Origin: Candidatus Omnitrophota bacterium
GTDB taxonomy: Bacteria > Omnitrophota > Omnitrophia > Omnitrophales > Aquincolibacteriaceae
Reading direction: 5' to 3'
Assembly: GCA_030698625.1 (NCBI GenBank)
Contig: JAUYMS010000048.1
Span: forward strand, 90,404 to 154,403
Length of the DNA: 64,000 nt
This document shows, in pieces, positions 44,136 through 52,570 of the stretch. Numbering within the stretch: the stretch's first letter is position 1; every line of letters begins with the position of its first letter. Under the pieces are notes generated by a model, which did not search any database, had not been told where the DNA came from, and saw only the letters and a list, made by a program, of their open reading frames with translations. Position numbers and translations under genes: made by a program.

Positions 44136-44477
44136 ATGAAACTCATCATTGCGTATATTCAACCTGAGCGCCTAAGTGCAGTAAAAAAAGCGCTCTATGA
44201 ATCAGAAGTCTATAAGATGTCCGTGACGAATGCCCTGGGTTGTGGACAGCAGAAAGGCTACCATGAGACTTATCGTGGAGCCGATATCGAAGTGAATCTG
44301 CTGAAGAAAGTCCGGCTTGAGATCGCCGTCAACGACGATCATGTTGAGCCGACTATTTCCTCCATTGTCAAGGGTGCCCGCACGGGTAAAATCGGGGACG
44401 GAAAGATTTTCGTTCTTGATTTGCCGGAATGCGTACGGATTCGTACTGGCGAAAAGGGATCCGAAGCAATCGGTTAA
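44136..44477 (+). CDS. glnK: P-II nitrogen regulatory protein
   Basis: GQQKG..YRG T-loop, [17 protein letters not shown]; linked to amtB. Confidence 0.93.
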   Translation: MKLIIAYIQPERLSAVKKALYESEVYKMSVTNALGCGQQKGYHETYRGADIEVNLLKKVRLEIAVNDDHVEPTISSIVKGARTGKIGDGKIFVLDLPECVRIRTGEKGSEAIG

Positions 44478-44490
44478 AGAGGTCCTCATC

Positions 44491-44540
44491 ATAGAGCCTG
44501 CATGGTGCCTTTACTCGGCACCTGCAGGCTCTATCCCTTT
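44491..44540 (+). terminator. Long hairpin after glnK, probable terminator or 3' stabiliser
   Basis: ATAGAGCCTGCA-t-GGTGCC-loop7-GGCACC-TGCAGGCTCTAT (18 bp stem) followed by CCCTTT; U-tract weak. Confidence 0.6.
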
Positions 44541-44600
44541 CCGGCCCGCCTTCCGATAGTTCTTTCTTTCCTTACTATGAGTAGCTATTATTTCTTATCT

Positions 44601-45332
44601 ATGAAAATAGCTGTGTTTGATTGTGCCATGGGAATCGCCGGGGATATGGCAATCGGCGCGTTGGTCGATGCGGGCATGCCGTTCCGTCTGCTGGGTTCCG
44701 AATTACGCAAACTACGCTTGAGAGGCTACAGACTAGGGGTGCGCACAGTCCATGCCGGGGCCTTTCGCGCCAAGAAATTTTCTGTCAATCTCCAGCATCA
44801 GAAATCACACGCCCACGTTTGTTTGCGCGATATTGTAACCTTAATTCAAACCTCAGCGCTCCATCCGCGGATAAAGCGCTCCGCAGTTGCCATTTTTCGC
44901 AGTCTTGCCCGGGCGGAGGCGCGCGTTCACGGTGTGAGTTTGCAGAAGATTCACTTCCATGAAGTTGGCGCTGTGGATTCCATCTTGGATATTGTTGGTG
45001 TAGCAGTCTGCTTTCATCATTTGGAAATTCAGCGCGCGTATGTGCGGCGCATCGTAGTCGGACAGGGTGTCCATGCGGGATGCGCGCACGGTGAGATGCC
45101 TATTCCTGTGCCAGGTACCTACGAACTTCTGAAAGGTTTTTGGATCGACCAGGGCCCATACGAACAAGAGATGGTTACGCCGACGGGGGCGGCCATCCTC
45201 GCGACGCTATGCTGCAAGGATACCGAAAAGATCCCGAGAATCAAATTTGATGCGATTGGCTACGGCGCAGGGGACCGGAAATTTAAGGGTAAGCGCGGAT
45301 TCTTGCGAGTCGGGATTGGAGCGGGCCGTTAG
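44601..45332 (+). CDS. larC: LarC nickel insertase, N-terminal (LarC1) part only
   Basis: DCAMGIAGDM, HFHEVGAVDSILDIVG, AHGEMPIP, EMVTPTGAA, GYGAG; 243 aa. Confidence 0.9.
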   Translation: MKIAVFDCAMGIAGDMAIGALVDAGMPFRLLGSELRKLRLRGYRLGVRTVHAGAFRAKKFSVNLQHQKSHAHVCLRDIVTLIQTSALHPRIKRSAVAIFRSLARAEARVHGVSLQKIHFHEVGAVDSILDIVGVAVCFHHLEIQRAYVRRIVVGQGVHAGCAHGEMPIPVPGTYELLKGFWIDQGPYEQEMVTPTGAAILATLCCKDTEKIPRIKFDAIGYGAGDRKFKGKRGFLRVGIGAGR

Positions 45333-46012
45333 TGGTGATGTCCCTGAGTATGTTCGTCCTCATGCTCATGACCGTGGGCTCCGCTGACAAATGAAAGCGG
45401 CATAATGATATCGCTTGAGCAGCAGGGGATGACAACCGCGACGGTCGAGATGACGAAAAGCCCCAAGATAAAGCGGTACCAGTCATCAACCCCGTAACTC
45501 ACAAGGTAGAAAAGAGACGCGAATCCCGAAATGCAAACATGCGCCCCATGAGAGAAATAAGAGATACGTTTCAGTTTAGAGACAACTACCAGTCCCGTCA
45601 GGATCCCCAGGCTGTTAAAAAGAAGAACCGGGATAGGTTCTTCGAACAGACATAGGTGCATCGTCATCGGGACTCCCAGGACCCAACCCCCTATGTAAGG
45701 TATGAGGAAATCGCTCAAGCCGCAGAACAAAAGGGTTGCCCAGAGACCTACCCAGCATGCTTTTACAAGGTTGTTTTCGTGGCGGTAGAAAATCGCAGTT
45801 GTTGACATGGCGCTTAGGTAAACATGGCCGAAGTGAAAAAGGTGAAATAAACTCTGAAGTGTCGTATTAGGGTCCAAACCCGCCCGATCGACAAACGCAT
45901 AGCGAATAATGCTAAGCAAACCGATGCCGGCGAGGGTTCCTAGCGCCGTGTATGGCAGATGGGCCTTGAGCTCTCTGATGATTAGGGCTAATTTTGAGGG
46001 ACTCTCTCTCAT
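45329..46012 (-). CDS. Uncharacterised polytopic membrane protein with His/Cys motifs and His-rich tail
   Basis: Several hydrophobic segments; HLFHFGH, SHGAH, PCCSSD, C-terminal HGHEHEDEHTQGHHH; fills the gap between larC and hisG. Confidence 0.8.
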   Translation of the reverse strand: MRESPSKLALIIRELKAHLPYTALGTLAGIGLLSIIRYAFVDRAGLDPNTTLQSLFHLFHFGHVYLSAMSTTAIFYRHENNLVKACWVGLWATLLFCGLSDFLIPYIGGWVLGVPMTMHLCLFEEPIPVLLFNSLGILTGLVVVSKLKRISYFSHGAHVCISGFASLFYLVSYGVDDWYRFILGLFVISTVAVVIPCCSSDIIMPLSFVSGAHGHEHEDEHTQGHHH

Positions 46013-46040
46013 GGGCGGAAGTATAAATATAAGCCTGTAG

Positions 46041-46069
46041 TTGACACCGCACAAGCAAAAAGATAAAAT
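46041..46069 (+). promoter_or_regulatory. Putative sigma70 promoter for hisG
   Basis: TTGACA-N17-TAAAAT, 10 nt before the hisG ATG. Confidence 0.7.
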
Positions 46070-46079
46070 CCGCTTTCCT

Positions 46080-46952
46080 ATGAAAAAGTTGAAAATGGCA
46101 CTCCCTAAAGGCAGTTTGGAGGAGGCGACTTACAAACTTCTGAAGAAGGCCGGTTTTTCTATCACAGCACCTTCCCGCTCCTTTTTCCCAATAGTGGATG
46201 ATCCCGAACTGGAGGTTATTCTTTTTCGCCCTCAAGAAATGTCCCGTTATATCGAGAATAAAATCGTCGACTGTGGTATCACCGGATACGATTGGATATG
46301 CGAAAATCAGTCCGACGTTGAGGAGCTCTGTGAATTGCAGTACTCGAAGCAGACGCGCCGTCCGGTGCGCTGGGTGCTGGCTGTTCACAAGGATTCGTCG
46401 ATTAAGACGGTCAAGGATCTTCAGGGTAAGAAGATCGCTACCGAGTTGGTGGGCGTGACCAAGCGCTATCTGGAAAAGCATAAGATTCGTGCCGATGTCG
46501 AGTTTTCCTGGGGGGCGACCGAGGTCAAACCTCCGCGTCTTGCCGATGCCATTGTGGAGGCAACAGAGACCGGGTCAAGTCTTCGTGCGAATAATTTGCG
46601 TATCGTGAAAACTATCCTGACTTCTACGCCGCGTTTTGTGGCAAATAAGACCAGCTTGCGCAATGATTGGAAGCGCAAAAAAATGGACAATCTCATTCTC
46701 TTACTTCAGGGGGCCATGGAAGCCGACGTTAAGGTCGGCGTCAAAATGAACGTCGACAAGAAGCACCTTGCTAAGGTTCTGAAGATTTTACCTGCTCTCA
46801 AGCAACCCACAGTCTCCACGCTTTCGACTAAGGGCTGGTATGGTGTCGAAACAATTATTGACGAAGCTATCGTACGTGAGATTATTCCGGCGCTGAAGAA
46901 GGCCGGGGCGTCAGGCATCATTGAATACCCGCTCAATAAAGTTATCGCGTAA
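46080..46952 (+). CDS. hisG: ATP phosphoribosyltransferase, long form
   Basis: ALPKGSL, GITGYDW, SWGATE, DAIVEATETGSSLRANNL, C-terminal regulatory domain. Confidence 0.96.
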   Translation: MKKLKMALPKGSLEEATYKLLKKAGFSITAPSRSFFPIVDDPELEVILFRPQEMSRYIENKIVDCGITGYDWICENQSDVEELCELQYSKQTRRPVRWVLAVHKDSSIKTVKDLQGKKIATELVGVTKRYLEKHKIRADVEFSWGATEVKPPRLADAIVEATETGSSLRANNLRIVKTILTSTPRFVANKTSLRNDWKRKKMDNLILLLQGAMEADVKVGVKMNVDKKHLAKVLKILPALKQPTVSTLSTKGWYGVETIIDEAIVREIIPALKKAGASGIIEYPLNKVIA

Positions 46953-46973
46953 CTGTAAAGGAAGGATCTCTTA

Positions 46974-47072
46974 ATGCCTTGGGCTCATAAGCAACGTCGT
47001 AAGAAGATGAATAAGCATAAGCGCAAGAAAAAGCTCAGGAAGCACCGGCATAAGAAAAAAACTTGGTCATAG
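46974..47072 (+). CDS. 32-aa basic peptide, bS22/mS38 (AURKAIP1/COX24)-like
   Basis: Own translation MPWAHKQRRKKMNKHKRKKKLRKHRHKKKTWS; AAGGA upstream; RxKKMxKHKxxKxL pattern. Confidence 0.8.
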   Translation: MPWAHKQRRKKMNKHKRKKKLRKHRHKKKTWS

Positions 47073-47097
47073 GCCAACTACCGCGATTTCTCCCGCC

Positions 47098-47976
47098 GTG
47101 CGTTCGCTGACCATACATAGCCCTGCCAAGCTTAATCTTTGCCTCTACGTTTTGGGCAAACGGCCCAACGGCTATCATAACTTGGCAACTCTCTTCCACC
47201 GCATTTCCCTCAAGGACACCTTGCGTATGCGAAAGAAGAGGGATGGAGTCTCCATCTCGTCTTCGGTTCGGGCCCTTCCAACGGGCCCAGATAACCTCAT
47301 CGCTCGAGCCTATCAGTTGCTCAAGGTGCGATTTCCCCATCTCGGCGGAGTCCACGTTGGTCTCACCAAGCGCATTCCCATCGGCGGGGGATTAGGAGGA
47401 GGGTCAAGCAATGCCGCCTATTTTCTCCTGGGCATGAACCGCCTTTATCGCCTGGGGCTGACGCAGCGGCAGTTGGTGAACGCCGGACGGTCACTCGGGG
47501 CCGATGTCCCGTTTTTTATCCACAATATCCCCCAGGCCATTGGACGCGGTATTGGGGACCAAATTCAAGCTGTACGGGCCCGCAGGCGCCTGTGGTTTCT
47601 GTTAGTTACTTCAAATAAAGAACTTAGCACAAAAAAGGTGTATCAAAACCTGCGTTCAAAGCCCCTCCGAGGCGCTTTCTTGACAAAAGTAAGTCGTGCG
47701 GTTACAATGCTTTGCGATAATTTGAATCGAGGGAGTCTGGACCGAATTCAAGAGCTGACTCATAATGATTTAGAGGGGTCAGCTTTTCGTTTGTGTCCCT
47801 CCATTAAAAACGTCATCGCAAAACTGTCGGAATTAGGAATTCGAACCGCAAGAATGTCGGGGAGTGGCCCCACCGTATTTGCTATTCTCTCAAAGCGCGA
47901 AGAAGCTAAACGTCTTCATAAGATTATTAAGCCGGTCTTGACTGATAAGCGGTTGTTAGTCTGTCATTCGGTCTAA
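47098..47976 (+). CDS. ispE: 4-diphosphocytidyl-2-C-methyl-D-erythritol kinase
   Basis: PAKLNL, GYHNL, IPIGGGLGGGSSNAA, LGADVPFF, MSGSGPT. Confidence 0.96.
   Translation: MRSLTIHSPAKLNLCLYVLGKRPNGYHNLATLFHRISLKDTLRMRKKRDGVSISSSVRALPTGPDNLIARAYQLLKVRFPHLGGVHVGLTKRIPIGGGLGGGSSNAAYFLLGMNRLYRLGLTQRQLVNAGRSLGADVPFFIHNIPQAIGRGIGDQIQAVRARRRLWFLLVTSNKELSTKKVYQNLRSKPLRGAFLTKVSRAVTMLCDNLNRGSLDRIQELTHNDLEGSAFRLCPSIKNVIAKLSELGIRTARMSGSGPTVFAILSKREEAKRLHKIIKPVLTDKRLLVCHSV
47680..47708 (+). promoter_or_regulatory. Near-consensus sigma70 promoter inside ispE
   Basis: TTGACA-N17-TACAAT, upstream of tRNA-Gln/clpX. Confidence 0.7.
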
Positions 47977-48044
47977 GAAGTTAGCGATTCTTGAAGCCCA
48001 TCAGGCCCAACCTAAAACAGTAGTAGCGGGTGACAGACCAACAT

Positions 48045-48115
48045 TGCCCGGTGGTGAAATGGCATCACACTGCCCTTTGGAGGCATGATTCGAGGTTCGA
48101 ATCCTCGCCGGGCAG
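48045..48115 (+). tRNA. trnQ: tRNA-Gln (UUG)
   Basis: TGCCCGG/CCGGGCA acceptor with U1-A72, D stem GTGA/TCAC, anticodon loop CTTTGGA (C27.U43 mismatch), T arm CGAGG-TTCGAAT-CCTCG; CCA not encoded. Confidence 0.93.
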
Positions 48116-48138
48116 AAACTTAAAATTTGGAGATTTTA

Positions 48139-49392
48139 ATGAGTACCGTAACCGAAAGATGTTCATTCTGCGGCAGAGACAAGCGTAAAGAGGTTCGCAA
48201 GATCTTCGCCGGACCGGGCGTTTACATCTGTGACATTTGCATCAAGATCTGTAGTGATATCCTGGACAAAGATCACTCCAGGGTTTTGAAACAGCAATCT
48301 GTATCTGAAGAGTTGATTGCACCTAAGCCCCGTGATCTCAAGCAAAAACTCGATCAATACATTATCGGACAGGATCGAGCCAAGAGGCAGTTGTCGGTCA
48401 GCGTCCATAATCACTATAAGCGCATTAAGAGCCGAGGATCGAGCGGTGATGTGGAACTTGAGAAGAGTAATGTTTTGTTGATTGGTCCGACGGGTTCGGG
48501 AAAGACCCTTTTCGCGAGGACGCTTGCTAAGCTCCTTGATGTTCCACTCGCGATTGCCGATGCTACCTCGCTGACGGAAGCCGGTTATGTCGGAGAGGAC
48601 GTTGAAAACGTTCTCTTGCGGTTGCTTCAAGCGGCTAACTTCGATGTGAAACGGGCCGAGATTGGAATCATTTATATCGACGAAATTGATAAGATTGGTC
48701 GCACTTCTGACAACGTTTCGATCACACGCGACGTTTCAGGGGAGGGCGTGCAGCAGGCCCTCCTTAAGATTCTGGAGGGGACGACTGCGAACGTACCGCC
48801 ACAGGGAGGCCGCAAGCATCCACAGCAGGAGTACATTCAGATTAACACGAAAAACATTCTCTTCATCTGCGGCGGTACCTTTGCTCATTTGGACCAGATT
48901 ATTGAGAAGAGAATTTCTAATAAAGCGATGGGTTTTGGGGCTTCAAGTCTCGCCGCCGAAGACAGAAATGTGGGAGAAATCCTGGAGCATGTGGAGACCG
49001 AAGACCTTTTGAAGTTCGGGTTTATCCCGGAATTTATCGGTCGCTACTCAGTGATATCGACGCTGCACGGTTTGAATGCGGCGGATTTGGTAAGTGTTCT
49101 AACCGAACCTCAAAACGCTTTAGTGAAACAGTACGAGAAGTTTTTTCAAATGGAGGGTGTGAGTCTGAAATTCACACCGCAGGCGCTCGAGGCTGTCGCG
49201 GCGCGCGCCATCCGCAAAGGGACCGGTGCTCGTGCTCTCAGGTCGATTTTGGAGACACTTATGTTGGATGTCATGTATGACGTGCCTTCAGAGACTAATG
49301 TCACCGAATGCGTGATAACGAAAGAGGTCGTTGAAGGCAAGCAGCCGCCGATTCTGGTGCGCGGTCAGCAGGAGTGGGTTAAGTCGGCATGA
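48139..49392 (+). CDS. clpX: ATP-dependent Clp protease ATPase subunit ClpX
   Basis: CSFC..CDIC Zn finger, [35 protein letters not shown]. Confidence 0.98.
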   Translation: MSTVTERCSFCGRDKRKEVRKIFAGPGVYICDICIKICSDILDKDHSRVLKQQSVSEELIAPKPRDLKQKLDQYIIGQDRAKRQLSVSVHNHYKRIKSRGSSGDVELEKSNVLLIGPTGSGKTLFARTLAKLLDVPLAIADATSLTEAGYVGEDVENVLLRLLQAANFDVKRAEIGIIYIDEIDKIGRTSDNVSITRDVSGEGVQQALLKILEGTTANVPPQGGRKHPQQEYIQINTKNILFICGGTFAHLDQIIEKRISNKAMGFGASSLAAEDRNVGEILEHVETEDLLKFGFIPEFIGRYSVISTLHGLNAADLVSVLTEPQNALVKQYEKFFQMEGVSLKFTPQALEAVAARAIRKGTGARALRSILETLMLDVMYDVPSETNVTECVITKEVVEGKQPPILVRGQQEWVKSA

Positions 49393-50300
49393 AAACCGAG
49401 AAGGCGATGAGTAGCTCAACGAAGGAGACAATCGCAGCATATGGCTTTCTGATGCCGAACCTCGTAGGTTTTTTGATTTTCACCTCTATTCCTGTCATTG
49501 CCTCTTTGGGGCTCAGTTTTGTGAAGTGGGATCTGTTGTCGCCGGCCAAATTTGTGGGGTTCAAGAATTTCGTCGATTTGTTCAAGGACCCGTTCTTCTG
49601 GAAGTATTGCTGGAATACTATATACCTCATGTTGGCGATCCCGTTGAGCATGGGTGGTTCTCTGATTCTCGCGCTTGCTCTCAATCAGAAGCTGAAGGGA
49701 ATCGTGCTTTTTAGGGCAGTGTTTTTTCTGCCGACTCTCTGCTCCGGCGTCGCGATTTACATGTTGTGGCGCTTGATTTACAACCCGGAATTCGGTGTTC
49801 TCAATAGCATTATCGCTAGTTTCGGACAGCTTATAGGAATCACCTTGAATGGGCCGTACTGGCTCACCGATGAGACTTGGTCCAAGCCTGCGCTTGTTAT
49901 CATGAGCGTGTGGCAGACTGTCGGCGGCTACAATATGATTCTTTATTTGGCGGCGCTGCAAGGTGTGCCCCGGGATCTCTACGATGCGGCTGAGGTTGAC
50001 GGCGCAAATTCCTGGCAGAAGTTTTGGGCTGTGACATGGCCGCAGATTTCGCCCACTACTTTCTTTATCGCGATCATGAGTGTCATCGGAGGCTTTCAGG
50101 CCGGTTTTGACCCCGCATACATCATGACCGGCGGTGGTCCTAATGGGTCGACTACAACGCTCATTTACTACTTGTACAACAATGCTTTTCAGTGGCATCA
50201 CATGGGCTATGCTGCGGCTATAGCCTGGGTTCTTTTTCTGGTGGTGCTCTTTTTCACGATCGTGCAATGGCGTTTTTTCGGTAAAACGGTTCATTATTAA
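49389..50300 (+). CDS. Carbohydrate ABC transporter permease (MalF/UgpA type)
   Basis: TM helices, EAA-loop [18 protein letters not shown]. Confidence 0.92.
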   Translation: MKTEKAMSSSTKETIAAYGFLMPNLVGFLIFTSIPVIASLGLSFVKWDLLSPAKFVGFKNFVDLFKDPFFWKYCWNTIYLMLAIPLSMGGSLILALALNQKLKGIVLFRAVFFLPTLCSGVAIYMLWRLIYNPEFGVLNSIIASFGQLIGITLNGPYWLTDETWSKPALVIMSVWQTVGGYNMILYLAALQGVPRDLYDAAEVDGANSWQKFWAVTWPQISPTTFFIAIMSVIGGFQAGFDPAYIMTGGGPNGSTTTLIYYLYNNAFQWHHMGYAAAIAWVLFLVVLFFTIVQWRFFGKTVHY

Positions 50301-51253
50301 TGGGCAAACCAATGGCGAGTTCGGTTGCTTCCCGGTTACCACCCGACGGTTCTGAAAAAGCTGCCGCGCAGGATGTTTTTGGCGGCCCTACAGCGGCTAG
50401 GCTAAAAAGGCGTAAGAGGCGGCAAGTTTTTCTGCGGAAGTTCTTCGCCTACGTGCTTCTGATCGGCGGCGCTCTTACAATGGTCGGGCCTTTTCTCTGG
50501 ATGGTGTCCACTTCGCTGAAGGAGCCGGGCCAGGTATTTTCTTTTCAGAAGGAGTGGTGGAAAGAATGGCTGCCGACGTCCTTTGTTTGGAGAAATTATG
50601 TGCAGGCGTGGAAAGTCGTCCCGTTCGCGCGCTTTTACCTCAACTCTATATTTGTCGCGATTTGCGTTACCTTTGGCCAAGTGGCAACAAGCGCGATGGC
50701 CGCTTATGCATTTGCGCGGTTGCGTTTTCCGGGGCGGGATAAGTTATTTTTCGGCTATTTGGCTACTATGATGGTCCCGGGTGCTGTTACGATGATTCCG
50801 GTCTTTATTCTGCTTCGCTACCTCGGATGGATTGACACTTATTATGCTTTGATTTTACCGGCAATCTTTACGGCGTACGGGACTTTTATGCTACGGCAAT
50901 TTTTTCTTACGCTGCCGAGTGACTTGGAGGACGCGGCCAAAATCGACGGATGTAGTTACTTCGGTATTTTTTGGAGAATCATTTTGCCGTTGTCAAAGCC
51001 CGCATTGGCAACGTTGACGACTTTTACTTTCATGGGTACGTGGATGAACTTTATGTGGCCGTTGATCGTTCTCAATACGCATCACAAATTTACACTACCC
51101 GTCGGACTGGCGTATTTCCAGAGTCTTCACCATACAGATTGGACACTGCTCATGGCAGCATCGGTAATGATGATCCTTCCGATATTGGCAGTTTTTGTTT
51201 TTAATCAGCGGTTCTTTGTAGAAGGAATCAAGCTGACGGGCATTAAGGGTTAG
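50300..51253 (+). CDS. Carbohydrate ABC transporter permease (MalG/UgpE type)
   Basis: AAYAFARLRFPG, LEDAAKIDGC, WMNFMWP, QRFFVEGI..G.KG. Confidence 0.92.
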   Translation: MGKPMASSVASRLPPDGSEKAAAQDVFGGPTAARLKRRKRRQVFLRKFFAYVLLIGGALTMVGPFLWMVSTSLKEPGQVFSFQKEWWKEWLPTSFVWRNYVQAWKVVPFARFYLNSIFVAICVTFGQVATSAMAAYAFARLRFPGRDKLFFGYLATMMVPGAVTMIPVFILLRYLGWIDTYYALILPAIFTAYGTFMLRQFFLTLPSDLEDAAKIDGCSYFGIFWRIILPLSKPALATLTTFTFMGTWMNFMWPLIVLNTHHKFTLPVGLAYFQSLHHTDWTLLMAASVMMILPILAVFVFNQRFFVEGIKLTGIKG

Positions 51254-51261
51254 GCCGCGGG

Positions 51262-52551
51262 ATGCAAGCGGTTATTTTAGCCGCTGGCAAGGGCACGAGG
51301 ATGCGCTCAACGCATCCCAAGGTGTTGCACTCAATCTTCGGGAGAGCGATTCTCGATTTCGTGTTGCGAAGCCTTTCAGAAATCCCTGTCGGTATGGCGC
51401 GCGTCGTCATAGGTAGCGGTGCCGAAGAGGTTCGGTCTTTCTTAGTGAAAAACAAGCGTTCCTGGCGCACGAGAGCAAAGCCTGTGTTGCAGCGCGTGCA
51501 GCGGGGAACGGGGCATGCGACCCTAGTAGCGCTTAGGTCTGGTGCGCAGAGTTCTGGTGACGTATTGGTGTGGCCCGGCGATATGCCGCTTTTGCGGCGG
51601 GAAACCATTCATCGTTTGGCTAAAGAACATCGTGCGGCCGGGGCCGTCGTTAGCGTTCTTTCGAGTTTGCAGGTTGATCCGGCAGGTTACGGGCGGATCC
51701 TACGGGCGGGCGGAGCTTTTTATGCAATCCGTGAAGATGTCGAGTGTTCGAACCTTGAACGCAGAATCCAAGAGGTCAATACAGGCGTTTATCTTTTTAA
51801 GACGAGGGAGTTGGTAAAGGCTCTGAGCAAGATTCGCCCGGACAACAAGAAGGGCGAATTGTACCTTACCGATGTCATTGAGGTTTTTTATCGCGAAGGA
51901 AAACGCGTGCAGGCTTGTCCTTTCGCGTCAGCCGAAGAGGGGTTGGGAATTAATTCACAGGCGGATCTAGCCGTAGCGACACAAAAAGTGAACAACCGCG
52001 AAATCGCAAATCATCTGAGCCGTGGTGTGACATTTGTTTCTCCGGACCAGACTTTTGTTGCTCCGGGAGTGAAAATCGGGCAAGGTACGACGATTTTTCC
52101 TTGGACTTATATTGAAGGAAACGTGCGCATCGGTAAGAATTGTCAGATAGGACCGTTTACCAAGATTCGGTCCGGAACGGTGATTGGCAATCGTGTTAAC
52201 CTCGGGAGTTTTGTCGAAGTGAATCGATCGAAGATCGATGATCACGTTCAGGCGAGGCATCTAAGCTATATTGGCGATGCCTCGATTGGCGCAAAGACCA
52301 ATATCGGGGCGGGTACGATAACGGCAAATTTTGACGGTAAGCGAAAACATCGCACCAAGATTGGAAAAAACGTTCTGGTGGGTTCCGATACCGTGTTTAT
52401 CGCGCCGGTGACTGTTGGGGATTATGTCCGCACGGGGGCGGGCGCAGTGGTCAAGAGTAAGACGAGGATTCGTGATCACGCTGTTCTTGTCGGGATTCCG
52501 GCAAGGCCGATAAAACAGAATCGTAAGAGAAGTAGAAAGCGAAAAGCGTAA
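51262..52551 (+). CDS. glmU: Bifunctional GlcNAc-1-P uridyltransferase/acetyltransferase
   Basis: LAAGKGTRM, GTGHA, ELYLTD, HLSYIGDA, NIGAGTITAN. Confidence 0.96.
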   Translation: MQAVILAAGKGTRMRSTHPKVLHSIFGRAILDFVLRSLSEIPVGMARVVIGSGAEEVRSFLVKNKRSWRTRAKPVLQRVQRGTGHATLVALRSGAQSSGDVLVWPGDMPLLRRETIHRLAKEHRAAGAVVSVLSSLQVDPAGYGRILRAGGAFYAIREDVECSNLERRIQEVNTGVYLFKTRELVKALSKIRPDNKKGELYLTDVIEVFYREGKRVQACPFASAEEGLGINSQADLAVATQKVNNREIANHLSRGVTFVSPDQTFVAPGVKIGQGTTIFPWTYIEGNVRIGKNCQIGPFTKIRSGTVIGNRVNLGSFVEVNRSKIDDHVQARHLSYIGDASIGAKTNIGAGTITANFDGKRKHRTKIGKNVLVGSDTVFIAPVTVGDYVRTGAGAVVKSKTRIRDHAVLVGIPARPIKQNRKRSRKRKA

Positions 52552-52570
52552 AATCGCAGGAGTCGACGAT

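Noticed and set aside
45270-45400. Programmed frameshift from larC1 into larC2
   Set aside because: No convincing slippery site or LarC2-like sequence; the region is occupied by the convergent gene
47977-48044. spoVG or sRNA between ispE and tRNA-Gln
   Set aside because: Only 68 nt, no ORF or convincing structure
49416-50342. 308-aa minus-strand ORF as the missing ABC component
   Set aside because: Antisense to the permease; no Walker motifs or signal peptide
48045-51260. Genomic island integrated at tRNA-Gln
   Set aside because: No integrase and no duplicated tRNA 3' end seen; contents are housekeeping-type
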